DNA from: the human T2T-CHM13v2.0 reference genome, Homo sapiens
Assembly (NCBI RefSeq): GCF_009914755.1
Contig: NC_060926.1
Reading direction: 5' to 3' (one strand)
DNA: 64,000 nucleotides
Positions within the stretch are counted from its first letter, which is position 1; each line of letters begins with the position of its first letter. A program made the translations under genes and the position numbers. Of the stretch, positions 43,185 to 57,626 are shown piece after piece. The notes under the pieces are model-generated. The model searched no databases. It was given only the letters and a program-made list of their open reading frames with translations, and was not told the DNA's origin.

Positions 43185-44690
43185 CTAGGGAAACAAAGAA
43201 TAACCAATATGAAACAGTGACAAGTAACAGTCTTTAATATATAAAATGTAACTATTATCTATTTTAATGTGAGAGTCTATAGATAGTATACTGAAATTAT
43301 GATCATCTTCAAATTTACAGAAGTAAGTGTAAGAAATCATCATAGTCATTTGCCTAACAGTGGTACCACAAGTTTCCAGGTGCCACAATAATTTTACTTG
43401 GAAAAAAGAGAAAAAAAAAAGGTCTTATTTTTTCTATCTTTTCAACTAAACAAAGCAATAATAGGAACCAATTCTGCATAATAATGTATCTTACATGCTC
43501 CATGTCAAGAGCAATACAATAGTCTCTGGTAAAAAGGAAATCATAATCTCTACAAAGGAAGACATTTTTCTTGTTTGGTTTTATGAGCCTAAAAATGGTA
43601 TTAAAAATTGAATTTCACATTACAAACTGAAACAGGTATGGCTGATTTGAAATTCATATATGTGCTTCAACCTCCAAACACAGACTTTTATTTTTATTTT
43701 TTTCAATTAAGCAATCTGATTATTTCCCTGGAAAGATTCATTAAAAAGCTTAACTCTTTGATGTTAATATTACTTATCAAGTCCATTTACAAACTTTTCA
43801 GATAATACATATATCATAATGAAATATATCACCCATTTGAACTTTATATTATCAAAGAGCAAAATATTAACTCTGAAATTATCCTTCTGGTTAAATACTC
43901 AAGGTACAAGAATGTTGACTCAGGTAATCACTTTTACTACTGACAACTTGAGGGAAAAACAGTACAAAAATATTTTTGATCAGAGAAAATTTCAGTATTT
44001 GCCATGTTGGCCTAAATTAAAAGAACAGCATTTGTGCATCATTTTATAGAAGGAATGTCTTCCTCACAAACACGGAGGTAACATACTGAACGAAAACATC
44101 ACTAGTTGACAATAATGGATTAAAAATATTAACATAATTAAAACATGGACCTTAAAATTTCCCTTTTAATGACAGAAATCTACCAAACAATATATCTTTA
44201 AAGACTCTGGTACCAAAAAAGAACAATTTAGCTTGGCAATACCATCAAGTAGTAGCAGACCAATAGAAACATGTCTTTAGGATGTAGGGCAGAAACTATC
44301 ATTTAACTAACCCTAATAACGACCTTTTAAGACAGCTACGGAAATTTCTGTGTTAGGGTACTGCTAACCCCTAGAAATTTAAATGACAAAACGAAGAACA
44401 AAACAATCAAGCCAGTTCCCAATCTTAAGCTAATTTGTATAGCTGGAGTCTACCTGGCATTCCACAGATAGCTTTTCCCTGTCAAACTGCAAGCCTGAGG
44501 TAAGTGTTTTATCTTACAGTCAAGTGGGAAAATCTGCCCTATTTTATGTATTTCTCTGCTGTAATATATATGCTATATAATATAAAGTATACTGTATAAA
44601 TCAATATTAAAATTATTTTAAAATATTTATAATTTAAGTATTATATAAATTACAAATATAAAGTATATATATTTTGTAACATACAGTTTA

Positions 44691-45234
<544 letters not shown>

Positions 45235-45340
45235 TCAATAATAATGAAAGTTCTTTCAAACAGACAAAAAAACCTAAGCAAAGATAACACACACAAGTGA
45301 CTTAGCTTGAAACTTAGCCTACTCCATATTTAGTACTTAC

Positions 45341-45382
45341 ATGCACTTTAGGTGTTGGAGGAAGACCATTACTAATAGGCTT
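45341..45382 (-). CDS. MAP4K3: MAP4K3 coding exon (42 nt): KPISNGLPPTPKVH
   Basis: ttctag|AAGCCT...GTGCAT|gtaagt; GCK-I family NGLPPTPKV motif. Confidence 0.97.
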
Positions 45383-45429
45383 CTAGAAAAAGAACACATG
45401 TATGATTACACTTTTTTTGCTGCTGTTTG

Positions 45430-46470
45430 ATATAATAATACTGTATTTCAAACACATTTATTCAAATAAAATACATGAATACATTCTTTGTAAAACAAAA
45501 CATTACAGTTAAGGCTGAAGTTCCCCATAATTCTTTCACAATGCACTATTTCTAGTACTTGCCCCAGAAAAACTAGTTTGGTGTAAAACCTTCCAAATCT
45601 TTCTCTACTGAATTAGATATACTTATGTAATCATATGGCTTTCCAGACATTTTTGGTATATATGTAAATACATGTTCCCATAGAAAATAGTGTTTGTGTG
45701 TGTGTTAGGAATTTAAAACACAAATAGTTATACACTATCTGCAGGATCTTTGCCTTAAAATTGGACAGTAATCCATATCGGTCATGTAGACTTAGTTCAT
45801 TTGTTTTAACTGCAGCATGGCATAAATATACTTTATTTAGCTATCCTTAAACATTATTCGGTATTTAGATTATTGTCAATATTTTACTAGAACACAGATG
45901 CTGAAATAAACTTTCCTGTATATACCTACTTACACAGTGTATGAGTGGATGCCTTTATTGGTATACTGTGAGAAGTATACCGCAGTATGGGTATACTGAG
46001 AAACTACTGATACACAGGGTCTCTATCTTTTACATTTTAGTGCATATTGACTGTCAAACTGCTTTTCAGAGTGTACATATCACATCACACCCACCAGCAA
46101 TGTATGAGAGCTCCTGGTTCTTTCTAGTCTCACAGCAATATCACCAAGCTGATTAGTAAAAAACCTTTTCTCCTGTGCTCCTCATTAATTTGCATGCCTC
46201 TGACTGCTAGGAAGATTAAGAATCTTTTTAACCCAGTGTTTATTTGCTATCTGTATTTCCTCTTTTGTGAATTCTTTTCCCATTTTTTTTAACTGAGTTA
46301 TCTTTTTTCATATCTATTTGTTGGAGCTTTTAAAAATATATTCTAGGTTTGAGTATTTTATCTGTTATATATATACAACAAATAGTTTCTCCTTGTGTAG
46401 ATAATCTTCACCATGTTTACAATGAGTTTTGCTAAGTGAAGTTCCAAATTTTGATGAATTCAAATATATT
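45430..46470 (-). mobile_element. Old L1 (L1ME-like) 3' fragment
   Basis: acacccaccagcaatgtatgagag; ctgtatttcctcttttgtgaatt. Confidence 0.6.
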
Positions 46471-46484
46471 AATCATTGGTTAGA

Positions 46485-46619
46485 GTATACAGGCAATTAT
46501 AAGGAGAAGAAATGTAACACATTTGCTCACCCACACTATGCTGAAGAATGCCAGATATTTCTCCAAGTGGCCACATTCTTGAGTATACGAACTGTCCCCT
46601 GAGAGGGAACCCCCTGGGT
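46485..46619 (-). pseudogene. SNORA67 (U67)-like H/ACA snoRNA copy, degenerate
   Basis: Minus strand acccagggggttccctctcaggggacag...cacttggagaaatatctggcat...tgcctgtatac resembles recalled SNORA67; ACA box reads GTA and no clean ANANNA. Confidence 0.7.
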
Positions 46620-46970
46620 ATACTTTAAACATGAACTTTGTGACAGTCTACATTTCTTTCAAGATTAATCTCAGTAACATCATTTTAAGGAATGACATTC
46701 TAATTTTTCCCTAGAGCTGCCATACATCAGAATCACTTAAACAATGAGATGAAAACTAATAAAAAAGCTACTGTTAATTGATTTCATATATACAACATAA
46801 AAATATAACATTTCTGAAATTAAAATGACATACTTTGTAGATATATTTTTGAGGATGCGCACATCTTATTATTGCCAATAATTTCTGATACCTTTTTATT
46901 CCATTATGCAAATAATATATATTTTTTCTTATATTGATGTTATTAAATTATCTGATGTCATCTATTTTAG

Positions 46971-47288
<318 letters not shown>

Positions 47289-47391
47289 TAGCAAAACATC
47301 ATTTTAAATTAGGGAGCTCTGAGTGTTATAACTCTCAGATTTAACCTAAGCACTAATAGAACTGGTTGTAAATATTATTTAAAATAAATAA

Positions 47392-48006
<615 letters not shown>

Positions 48007-48894
48007 CTGTAAATAATTTCAAGAATTACAGCATAAACTGTAAGCATGCTTCAATATATCACTGATACTGTTTATCCTATGATAGAGCCATGGACATATT
48101 TATTTCAGAATTACTGAAACAGTCCCTTATCTTAATGAAGTAAGTTAACAGAAAAAGTGAACTAAAAATGCATACATAAAAAATGTTTACTTAGTACCAT
48201 TGGAAAGGTTAAAAAAAAAGTTTACATCTCTCAAAGGCTATTTATTTTATACTGTGTTACAGTCACTCAGCTGCATTTTTGTACTATTATGTTAGCAGGT
48301 CTATTAAAATTTAAATTGTTGAAAGCAAAAAGGCACTGCTCAGTTGGACAGAACTTCATAAAACCCATTCCTAAATTTCAGAAATTACAATGAATAACAC
48401 CAAATACTTTATGTGAATTTTAAGAATAATATGTCATATTGTATAGTGAAATATTTTTAAAAAGTTAAACAGATATAGCACAAAAGACTCTAGTGATGTG
48501 CTTACTGCAGAAACCATAGCATACTGAATGTACTAGACAAACATACCGAATATACTAGAAATTTCTATAAAAATAACAAATATTAGTATATACAAAAACT
48601 TCCAAAAAACCCTATTCATCTCGTTGACATCTGTTGAGATATTGGGGATTTTAAGGATTTTCTACTATTTTAAATTCTATGATGATAGTTGAATGTCTTC
48701 CAGTGATTGTAAGTCAATTCTTTACAAATGTTTAAAATGTTTCATCTCTTATGATCCCTGATGAATAACATTTATGTTTTAATAGTTCTGATGTTTTAGC
48801 TAACATTTGTGATAGGAGTAGCTGCTAAGACTAATTTCACCTTTCTTGAAGTGGTAAGTAAGAGCAGCAATGTCACTACTTATGTAATCTCTAA

Positions 48895-49239
48895 CAGTGG
48901 TTCCCCAACCTTTTCGGCATCAGGGACTGGTTTCGTGGAAGACAATTTTTCCACAGATGGGGGTTGAAGGGGAGGGATGTTTTGGGGATGGAACTGTTCC
49001 ACCTCAGATAATCAGGCATTAGTTACATTCGTGTAAGCAGCGTGCAACCTAGATCCCTTGCATGCACACTTCACAACAGGGTTTGCACTACGAGAATCTA
49101 ATGCTGCAGCTGACCTGACAGAAGGTGGAGCTCAGGCGGTAATGCTCACTTGCCCACTGCTCACCTCCTGCTGTGTGGCCTGGTTCCTAACAGGCCACTG
49201 ACCATTACTGGTCTGCGGCCCAGGGGTTAGGGACCCCTG
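48895..49239. mobile_element. MER1B hAT-Charlie element
   Basis: cagtggttccccaacc...gggttagggacccctg; 8-bp TSD atctctaa / atctatag. Confidence 0.85.
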
Positions 49240-49679
49240 ATCTATAGTTAGAAATTTGTCCTGGGGTAGAAGCTACAGCTTTCTTTATCTATGTCCTTCT
49301 TTCCGTAACTTCATGAGACTGTAAGAGAAACTATCAAGAATCAATTATCCTCAATGAGAATAATAATAGTTATTTTGTGAACAATCACAAGAATACTAAG
49401 CATTTATCTGTATAAAGAAGATGTTTTATAACGTACTACATAACAAATTGGTCTAAATAATGTAAACGATAAAAAGCCATCATTCAAGTTTACCATAGCT
49501 AAGTTACTTTTTTCAAGATTTAAATAATCTATTCACCATTATAATTAATATACTAAAATATCAATATAGTAATTGTAAAATATACTAGTGCTATAGTGTC
49601 ACTAATTGTAAGCATAAAACTAACTTAACAGTTAAAAAGGAAACAAATACAAGTAGAACTTATGACTATCAATACCTAC

Positions 49680-49792
49680 TGGTACATCTTTCTTTTCTTT
49701 TCTTGAAAGGTTTGTGCCTCTATGTTCATTCTGTTGTTGACATAATGAGCCATCTCGTTCACCATTTAACTGGAAGGAGCTCATTCCATTTC
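49680..49792 (-). CDS. MAP4K3: MAP4K3 coding exon (113 nt): (G)NGMSSFQLNGERDGSLCQQQNEHRGTNLSRKEKKDVP
   Basis: ttgaag|GAAATG...GTACCA|gtaggt. Confidence 0.95.
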
Positions 49793-50125
49793 CTTCAATA
49801 AGATATATTCATTGAAAATGATCAATCTTCATGAAAACTTTTATTCAGAAAGTTATCAAGTAGGAAAGAAAAAATATTAACTCTGACATACTGTCATTAT
49901 TCATTTGGGATCACCCAATCAGAATATTTACTATGAAAGTAAGACGTCATTTATATATATGTTCTTCTATTTATACCTCTATTTCTGGCATATTAGGCAA
50001 ATTTAAATTCAGGTTGTGTATAAGTGCATGTATTTGTTAGCATTAAAAAACCAAATACTGAATTCATAACTACTTTTAGAAAAGGGGTGATTTATTATTA
50101 TGTCATCCAAGAAACTTTAGTTGCT

Positions 50126-50495
<370 letters not shown>

Positions 50496-50949
50496 TAGCA
50501 CCTTCTAGTATTAATTTGGAGGCAAATACCTAGCAAATAATACCAATTATTTTTTTAGAAATGATTAAATGAAATAAGGAGTTAGGACAAGGTACTCTCT
50601 TCTAAAACAGAAGTAACCTAGACGCAAAACACATTTTCCATGTTTGTTCATAGTTTAATTTGCATTGTTTCCACACCGTAGCTAAATGAATGGGGAACCA
50701 GTCTCTAGAAGAGAGAAGGCTAAATATGAAATGAGAAATGAGGACAAAATATCTCAGACTGTGTCATAGGGAATCCTGTCATAAAAACACTTTAAGCTAG
50801 TAGGCAAAAAGCAGAAAACATCTCCATAGCCACTGCTTTCCTTCTGTCCTCCACCAAAAGAATTTCAAATAATCTCTTAAAAGAAAGTTTTTTTTCTCCC
50901 CATAGTATGAAAACCTGGTAACATATTTGCTGTCACCCTCCACCATTAC

Positions 50950-51109
50950 CTAAGGCAACAGGTTTGTGTGGGGGTAATCTGGGAGGTGGTGGTCTAGGTG
51001 GAACTTGGGATGGCTTTGCTGGGCTCCCTGACATGGGACATCTCTTGATTGTTCCTTGATTTTCATCCTCAGTAGAATGCATTTCCTGTGGTATGAAGAT
51101 AGACTTAGG
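50950..51109 (-). CDS. MAP4K3: MAP4K3 coding exon (160 nt): PKSIFIPQEM...VPPRPPPPRLPPHKPVAL(G)
   Basis: tttcag|CCTAAG...TTAG|gtaatg; overlaps ORF-track 50933..51139. Confidence 0.97.
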
Positions 51110-51599
51110 CTGAAATAATATAGAAAAAGAGACCAACAATGAAACATCAAATTATTTTCCTGAAGTAAGTACTATTATACATTAAAAGCTTTCAAATTAT
51201 TTCTACTATACATTAGAGGTTTACCAGATGAGTTTAAAGGTTACTCAACCATCCAATTCAGACTATCTTATTGTTTTAAATATATTCTAAAAATGTACAC
51301 TAAAATGTGTACATCTCAGGTTTTGCTGCTGTGCAAATAAAAGGGCCTCTAAGTCGACTTTTTTATTAATTCCTCACAAGTCTCCCCACTTAGACTAGCC
51401 AAATAAAAATATTTTAGTCTTTCTTATCTCCTTCAATTTAAATCAATCTCTTTTTATTTCAAATATTCAGACTAGTCAAAGTTCAGCTCCGTATCAAGGC
51501 TAATCTAAGCTGTCTCTTAGATGACTCAATGTCTTTATGGTAATGCTTAATCTTTCAGACCAGGGGCATGAGAGGATACCAATTAAAATGTTATCATGT

Positions 51600-51909
51600 G
51601 GCCGGGTGCGGTGGCTCACGCCTCTAATCCCAGCACTTTGGGAGGCTGAGGCGGGCGGATCACGAGGTCAGGAGATCGAGATCATCCTGGCTATCATGGT
51701 GAAACCCCGTCTCTACTAAAAATACAAAAAATTAGCTGGGCGTGGTGGCGGGTGCCTGTAGTCCCAGCTACTCAGGAGGCTGAGGCAGGAGAATGGCATG
51801 AATCCGGGAGGCGTAGCTTGCAGTGAGCCAAGATAGCGCCACTGCAGTCCAGCCTGGGCGAAAGAGCGAGACTCCATCTCAAAACAAAACAAAACAAAAA
51901 AACAAAAAA
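51600..51909 (+). mobile_element. AluY
   Basis: gagatcgagatcatcctggct; TSD gttatcatgt. Confidence 0.9.
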
Positions 51910-52600
51910 CGTTATCATGTTGGAGAATACAAACATAGCAATATGGGATGCCTGAGACACTTTCTGTACAAACAATGGAAAAATCTACAGTTGGCTGACG
52001 GTTTGTAGAATTTATAACGTGTCTCTTATTATTGCTCAGCACTTATTTCTTTGAAATTCAGATCTCTTTACTTCTGCTATGATAAAACTAAACAAGCAAG
52101 TACAGCATTATTTACTTGCATGAATCAGGATTTTCTCAATTGTATAAAATGAAAATAAATAAAAATAGTAATAAACCGAATGACAAGACTGATAAGACTC
52201 CAACTCTCATTTGTAACACTTTGATTTTAAACTTTAAAGCAACTCATATTATAATTAAAATTTGCTATGCATATGAACTTATAAAGTATATATTAGCTCA
52301 TTTTACCTTTAAAAAAAACAACCCATCAGTTGAAATTACTATTTTAGAATGATTTTGTTTGGAAAAATAATTTTGTTGTTAAAAAGCATTTAAAAATTGT
52401 ACTATTTTGTATTTTTAATTAAAATTATCTTTTGAAAATTAAATATCTATGATGATAAATTACTATCCTTTATTCATTCTTAGAAGTCAGGAATAGGTTG
52501 CAGATTTTGAGAAAAACAATCTTGTAAGAAATGTGAGTTTTCTAACCCAAGTCAAATAACACTAATCCATTAATACAATCATTTTCAGTGTAAATTCCTA

Positions 52601-52933
<333 letters not shown>

Positions 52934-53112
52934 CTAAATATAAGTTGGGCATTATAAAATGAGACAAACATAATAAAAAATCATTTACTTATATCAACTT
53001 CATGATTTTTCTTTGTGGATCACAAATGAAAAGCTAGAAAAACTCTCAACAAAGTATTAAATTGGCAGAACAATAACACACATATATCAAATTGAAAAAT
53101 AAATCTGTCTAC

Positions 53113-53155
53113 CTTTGGTGGCAAAGGAGGTGGAATTTTTGCTTTCAGAGTTGAG
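53113..53155 (-). CDS. MAP4K3: MAP4K3 coding exon (43 nt): (H)STLKAKIPPPLPPK, proline-rich SH3 ligand
   Basis: ttttag|CTCAAC...CCAAAG|gtagac. Confidence 0.96.
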
Positions 53156-53329
53156 CTAAAAACAGAAAAGTTTAGAATCAGAACTATTCATTTTACAAAT
53201 GAATCAATCCTAAAATATAATAATTTTTTCAAAGACACATAAAAAAGCTGCAAAGACAAATATCATTTTCTAAGATTGTAAGTTTTTTCTAAAGTATTTT
53301 GTGAAATGTTGCTAGAGGTATTATTCAGA

Positions 53330-54095
53330 AGTAACTGGGAACTGGAGGACATTATGTTAAGTGAAATAAGCCAAAACAGAAAGTTAAACACCGCATGTTC
53401 TTACTCATGTGGACGCTAAAAAAAAAAGTTGATCTCATAGAAGTAAAAAGCAGAACATAGGATACTAGGAACTGGGAAGGGCAGGGAAAAGGGGACGAAA
53501 GGGAGAGATTTGTTAAAGAATACAAAATTACAGTTATGTAAATACTTACAGTATGTAAGCATTACTACTCTCTTATACCACTGTAGGATGACTATAGTTA
53601 ACAATAACGGGCCGGGCGTGGTGGCTCACGCCTGTAATTCCAGCACTTTGGGAGGCCGAGGTGGGCAGATCACGAGGTCAGGAAATCAAGACCATCCTAC
53701 CATCGTGGTTAACATGGTGAAACACCATCTCCACTAAAAATACAAAAAAATTAGCCAGGTGTGGTGGCGGGTGCCTGTAGTCCCAGCAGGAGAATGGCGT
53801 GAACCTGGGAGGTAGAGCCTGCATGCAGAGAGCCGAGATCACACCACTGCACTCCAGCCTGGGTGACAGGGCAAGACTCTGTCTCAAAAAACAAAACAAA
53901 ACAAAAAACCAATAATGTGTTATTTAGTTGCAAATAGTTAGAAGGAGGATATTGAATGTTCCAACACAAAGAAATGATAAATGTTTGAGATGATGGATAT
54001 GCTAATTACCCTGATCAGATCACTACATTATATGTATCAAAACGTTACTATGTACCACAGAAATTTGTATTATAATTATTTCAGTTAAAAGAATT
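53330..54095 (+). mobile_element. L1MA 3' end interrupted by an Alu (53609-53908, +)
   Basis: gaactggaggacattatgttaagtgaaataagcc...gatggatatgctaattaccctgat. Confidence 0.85.
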
Positions 54096-54425
54096 AAATT
54101 CAATTTAAAAAGAAGTAATTGGGTAATACACTTTCTTGGTTCCAAGTACTATATTGTAATTAAAACTGGGAAAGATAATTATAATTCCAGTGTATATCAA
54201 CTGAAAGGTAAATAATTAAGAACATAAGCCACATCTGGCTTATGAAATAAATGATACAGTATAAAATATATCACATTGTAAACTTCATTTTTGCTACTGT
54301 TAGATATGAAACATCTTTGATGAAGCTCATCAAAAACTATATATATGCTTTATGAAATTATATGCAGAATGTGACTGAAGTTAGGATTCATTATAACTCA
54401 GGATCAGTTTTAGAAACAGAAAGAG

Positions 54426-54718
54426 GCTGGTCACAGTGGCTCATGCCTGTAATCCCAGCACTCTAGGAGGCTGAGGTGAGCAGATTGCTTGAGCTCAGGA
54501 GTTCGAGCCCAGCCTGGACAACATGGTGGAAACCCATCTCTACCAAAAAATAGAAAATTAGGAAGTGTGGAGGTGCAGTCCCAGCTACTCAGGAGGCTGA
54601 GGTGGGAGGACTGCTTGAGCCAGGAGGTCGAGGCTGCAGTGAGCCAAGATCACACCACTGCACTTCAGGTGGGCCACAGAGCAAGCAAGACCCTTTCTCA
54701 AAAGAAAGAAAGAAAAAA
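54426..54718 (+). mobile_element. AluJ
   Basis: Diverged dimeric Alu. Confidence 0.85.
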
Positions 54719-55072
54719 TTGTAATATGATGAAGCACAAATGTCTCAGATGAGGATTTCAAGGCCTAGAAAGTTTATGTAACTTTACCCAAGATCAACCT
54801 ATGCCCTCAACTGCTACTCAAGTGCTCTTATCATTTTACCATGAAACTGCATCTTTATTAAAAAAAAAAAAGTAAACATCAATGCATACATAATAGTAAA
54901 AATATTCCTCCTTTAAAACTATATATTTACATCCAAAGTATTTGTTCACTTGAAATATAACAGATTAAAATTTAATCAAATTTATAATAAGCTTCTTTGT
55001 AGTTGTAGTAAAATTACAGCAGCTATCAATCACTGATAAATCTACAATAAAAAATTATTGTCCTTTGGAAAA

Positions 55073-55447
55073 AATGGACTGAAATGTGTCACTATAAAAT
55101 TCACATGTTGAAGTATTAACCCACAATGTGATTATATTTAGAGATGGGTTTTTAGGAAGTAATTAAGCTTAAATGAGGTTGTAACAGTGGGATCCTAATC
55201 CTATGGATTGGTGATCTTACGAGAGAGAGAGATCACTCTTACCCCTGATCCCACCATGTGCATACACTGAGGAAAGGCCACGTGAAGACATGGCCAGAAG
55301 ACGGCTGTCTGCAAGCCAAGAAGGCAGCCCTCACCAAGTTGGTTGGTACCTTGATCTTGAACTTCCCACCTCCAGAACTGTGAGAAATAAATTTCTGCTG
55401 TCTAAGTCTATGGTATTTTGTTATGTCAGCCCAAGTTAATGTAACTA
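55073..55447 (+). mobile_element. MLT1A-like MaLR LTR
   Basis: aaaattcacatgttgaagt...ctccagaactgtgagaaataaatttctg...tggtattttgttatg. Confidence 0.8.
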
Positions 55448-55593
55448 GAATAGAAAAAAGGAAGGAAACTGAGATACAACCCATGATATTGTGTTACTGA
55501 TATTGAAATTTCCATCAATATTAAGCTGCCAGATTGATGAAATCAGGTCAAATGACACCTTTTCTTTTTACCAAAAACAGAGACAGAACTTAC

Positions 55594-55647
55594 TGTTTAG
55601 ATTCATCATCATCTCCTTCATCATCTTCTAAATGTGCGACGTGTCCT
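55594..55647 (-). CDS. MAP4K3: MAP4K3 coding exon (54 nt): (R)GHVAHLEDDEGDDDESK(H)
   Basis: atttag|AGGACAC...AAACA|gtaagt. Confidence 0.96.
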
Positions 55648-55796
55648 CTAAATAAAAAGGATAATGTCATTGTTATTAAATGGATTTTACCAAAACAGTA
55701 AGAAGAAATTTTAGAAAATGCAGGAAAAGCTACTGTAAGATAAAATTTTATTTCTGCATCTTTATAGGATAGGATAGATTCAGAATTAAAACAAGG

Positions 55797-55953
55797 AACT
55801 GGGAGCGGTGGATCGTGATGTCCGTTACTAGGGAGGATGAGGTGGAAAGATCGCTTGAGCCCAGGAGTTCAAGGCTGCAGTGAGCTATGATCATACCACT
55901 GCAATCCAGCCTGGGCAACAGAGCGAGACCCTATCTCTATTAAAGAAAAAAAA
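55797..55953 (+). mobile_element. Alu monomer (FRAM-like)
   Basis: gcttgagcccaggagttcaaggctgcagtgagc...A tail. Confidence 0.75.
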
Positions 55954-56050
55954 GACAACGCAAACAAATAGGCTACATAACAGAGAAGAAGGCAAACTGA
56001 CTTTACTTGTCTGTGACATAAAGTACTTTAAGATTAAAAATTAAAATTAC

Positions 56051-56089
56051 CGCTGATGCAATTCTTCTTCAACAGACTTGAGAAGACTC
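56051..56089 (-). CDS. MAP4K3: MAP4K3 coding exon (39 nt): (K)SLLKSVEEELHQ(R)
   Basis: ttttaag|GAGTCT...CAGCG|gtaatt. Confidence 0.96.
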
Positions 56090-56376
56090 CTTAAAAGAAA
56101 AAACAAAAACAAAAAATAATGTGAATAAATTATCAAAGGAATATCGAATGTGTTTTTATCATTTTAACCTTAACCATACATTTTTTGAATGATTACTTTT
56201 TTACCATTTACTGAAAATTTGCTAGTGATCACCTCTGCAACCATAAAACATCAAGTTATATTTAATAAAATACCTCTATTTTCCTGTTGCCAATGTCTTT
56301 ATATATGTATTTTAAATGAACAAAATAAATCCTAATATTTATTGAAAAATACCAATTCAAACAGAAGACAACTCAC

Positions 56377-56396
56377 CATGGAATGTCACAACAGTA
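56377..56396 (-). other. Candidate alternative microexon (20 nt, phase 0->2, YCCDIP(W))
   Basis: ttattgttttgtcag|TACTGTTGTGACATTCCATG|gtgagt; open and frame-compatible with the 39-nt exon. Confidence 0.55.
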
Positions 56397-56571
56397 CTGA
56401 CAAAACAATAATTGCAGGGTCATAGCCAGGAGTTTCCAGGATTCAAATTTTACCTGGAATTTTATACCTGACACCTGAAATTATATATACTTTCTTTTTC
56501 TTAAAATAAGGAAGGTGACACACTTCAAAATAACATCATGCTCTCAGGCAATCCTACAAAATGAAACTCAC

Positions 56572-56585
56572 CATGTTGGATCTCT
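56572..56585 (-). other. Candidate alternative microexon (14 nt, phase 0->2, RDPT(W))
   Basis: tgcatgcatgcttctgcag|AGAGATCCAACATG|gtgagt. Confidence 0.45.
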
Positions 56586-56662
56586 CTGCAGAAGCATGCA
56601 TGCATGTGATGTGAATACATGAATGTAGTAGCACTTTGCTTTCACGGAAGACACTCACTTAC

Positions 56663-56718
56663 CTGAAGGATTTGTTCTCCAGTGGTGCACGGGCAAACAC
56701 ATTTACACTTTTGGGAGA
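56663..56718 (-). other. Candidate alternative exon (56 nt, phase 0->2, SPKSVNVFARAPLENKSF(R)); acceptor uncertain
   Basis: Perfect CAG|GTAAGT donor; open frame compatible with the 39-nt exon; weak pyrimidine tract. Confidence 0.45.
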
Positions 56719-57626
56719 CTAAGCCTGTATCAGACCAGGTCGAGGATTTTACCATTAGGAGCAGTATACAAAACTTTAATTTTCAGGAATGTAAGAGAGA
56801 ACTATGGCATTCCTGAAGTTCCCTTACTTCTTTTTACCGCAAGTTCATGCAGCATACCTCCTAAATTACACTCTTCGAGCATAAAGACTCGATAGACTTC
56901 TCAAAGCTAATAGGGGAGATAAATATAGTTACTAATATACTACTGGGATAAAAGAGAGTCAGCAAAAGTTTTACTCTCCCTAAAAGTTATCAGGTAGCAC
57001 CTTTTAATTATTTTCCCTCCTAATACATATCAGGAAAAACTGCCCTTAAAATTACAAAACATAAAACTAGAGAAACTGAAAGGTATGGTTATCTACTGTA
57101 AGCAATTAACAGAATAGGTTTTAGGCATCAATATTTTAATTAGCCTAGATTAACAACAATTTAAATTTTAAAAAATGAAAAACTTATGACTCCAGAGTGG
57201 TAAATTCTATAGGAAAACCACAAACTAATTGCAAGTCCTATTTTGGAGATACAAAAAGTGAGGTACCACAGTCAAATATTATCTTATTCACAAAGCTCTC
57301 CAAGGGCCAACTCTAAGAAAGCAGGAGCTTCTGTCTAGAGGCACTAGAGCAAAATGCAGACAGGCTTTAAAGCCAAGACGGCCTGAATCTGAATCCTGCC
57401 TTCACCATCACAGGATATGGCACTGGATAAGTTACTCTGATTTCTCTATGCTTTGATTTCCAGCTATGTAAAGTAGAAATTACCTCAGTACTTATTTCAA
57501 AGTGGCTGTCAGAAGGTCTACTGAATTAATGTAAGTAAAGTGCCCAGAAGGGTAATTTAGGACAGAGTTGGGACTTGATTAGTATTTTCTTTATTACTAT
57601 TGGCTAAATAACATTTCCTTAAACTA

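Noticed and set aside
56455-56475. Additional small exon in the cluster (tttcag|GTGTCAGGTATAAAATTCCAG|gtaaaa)
   Set aside because: Not phase 0->2 at 21 nt, and has TAA in the frames that would join the downstream exon
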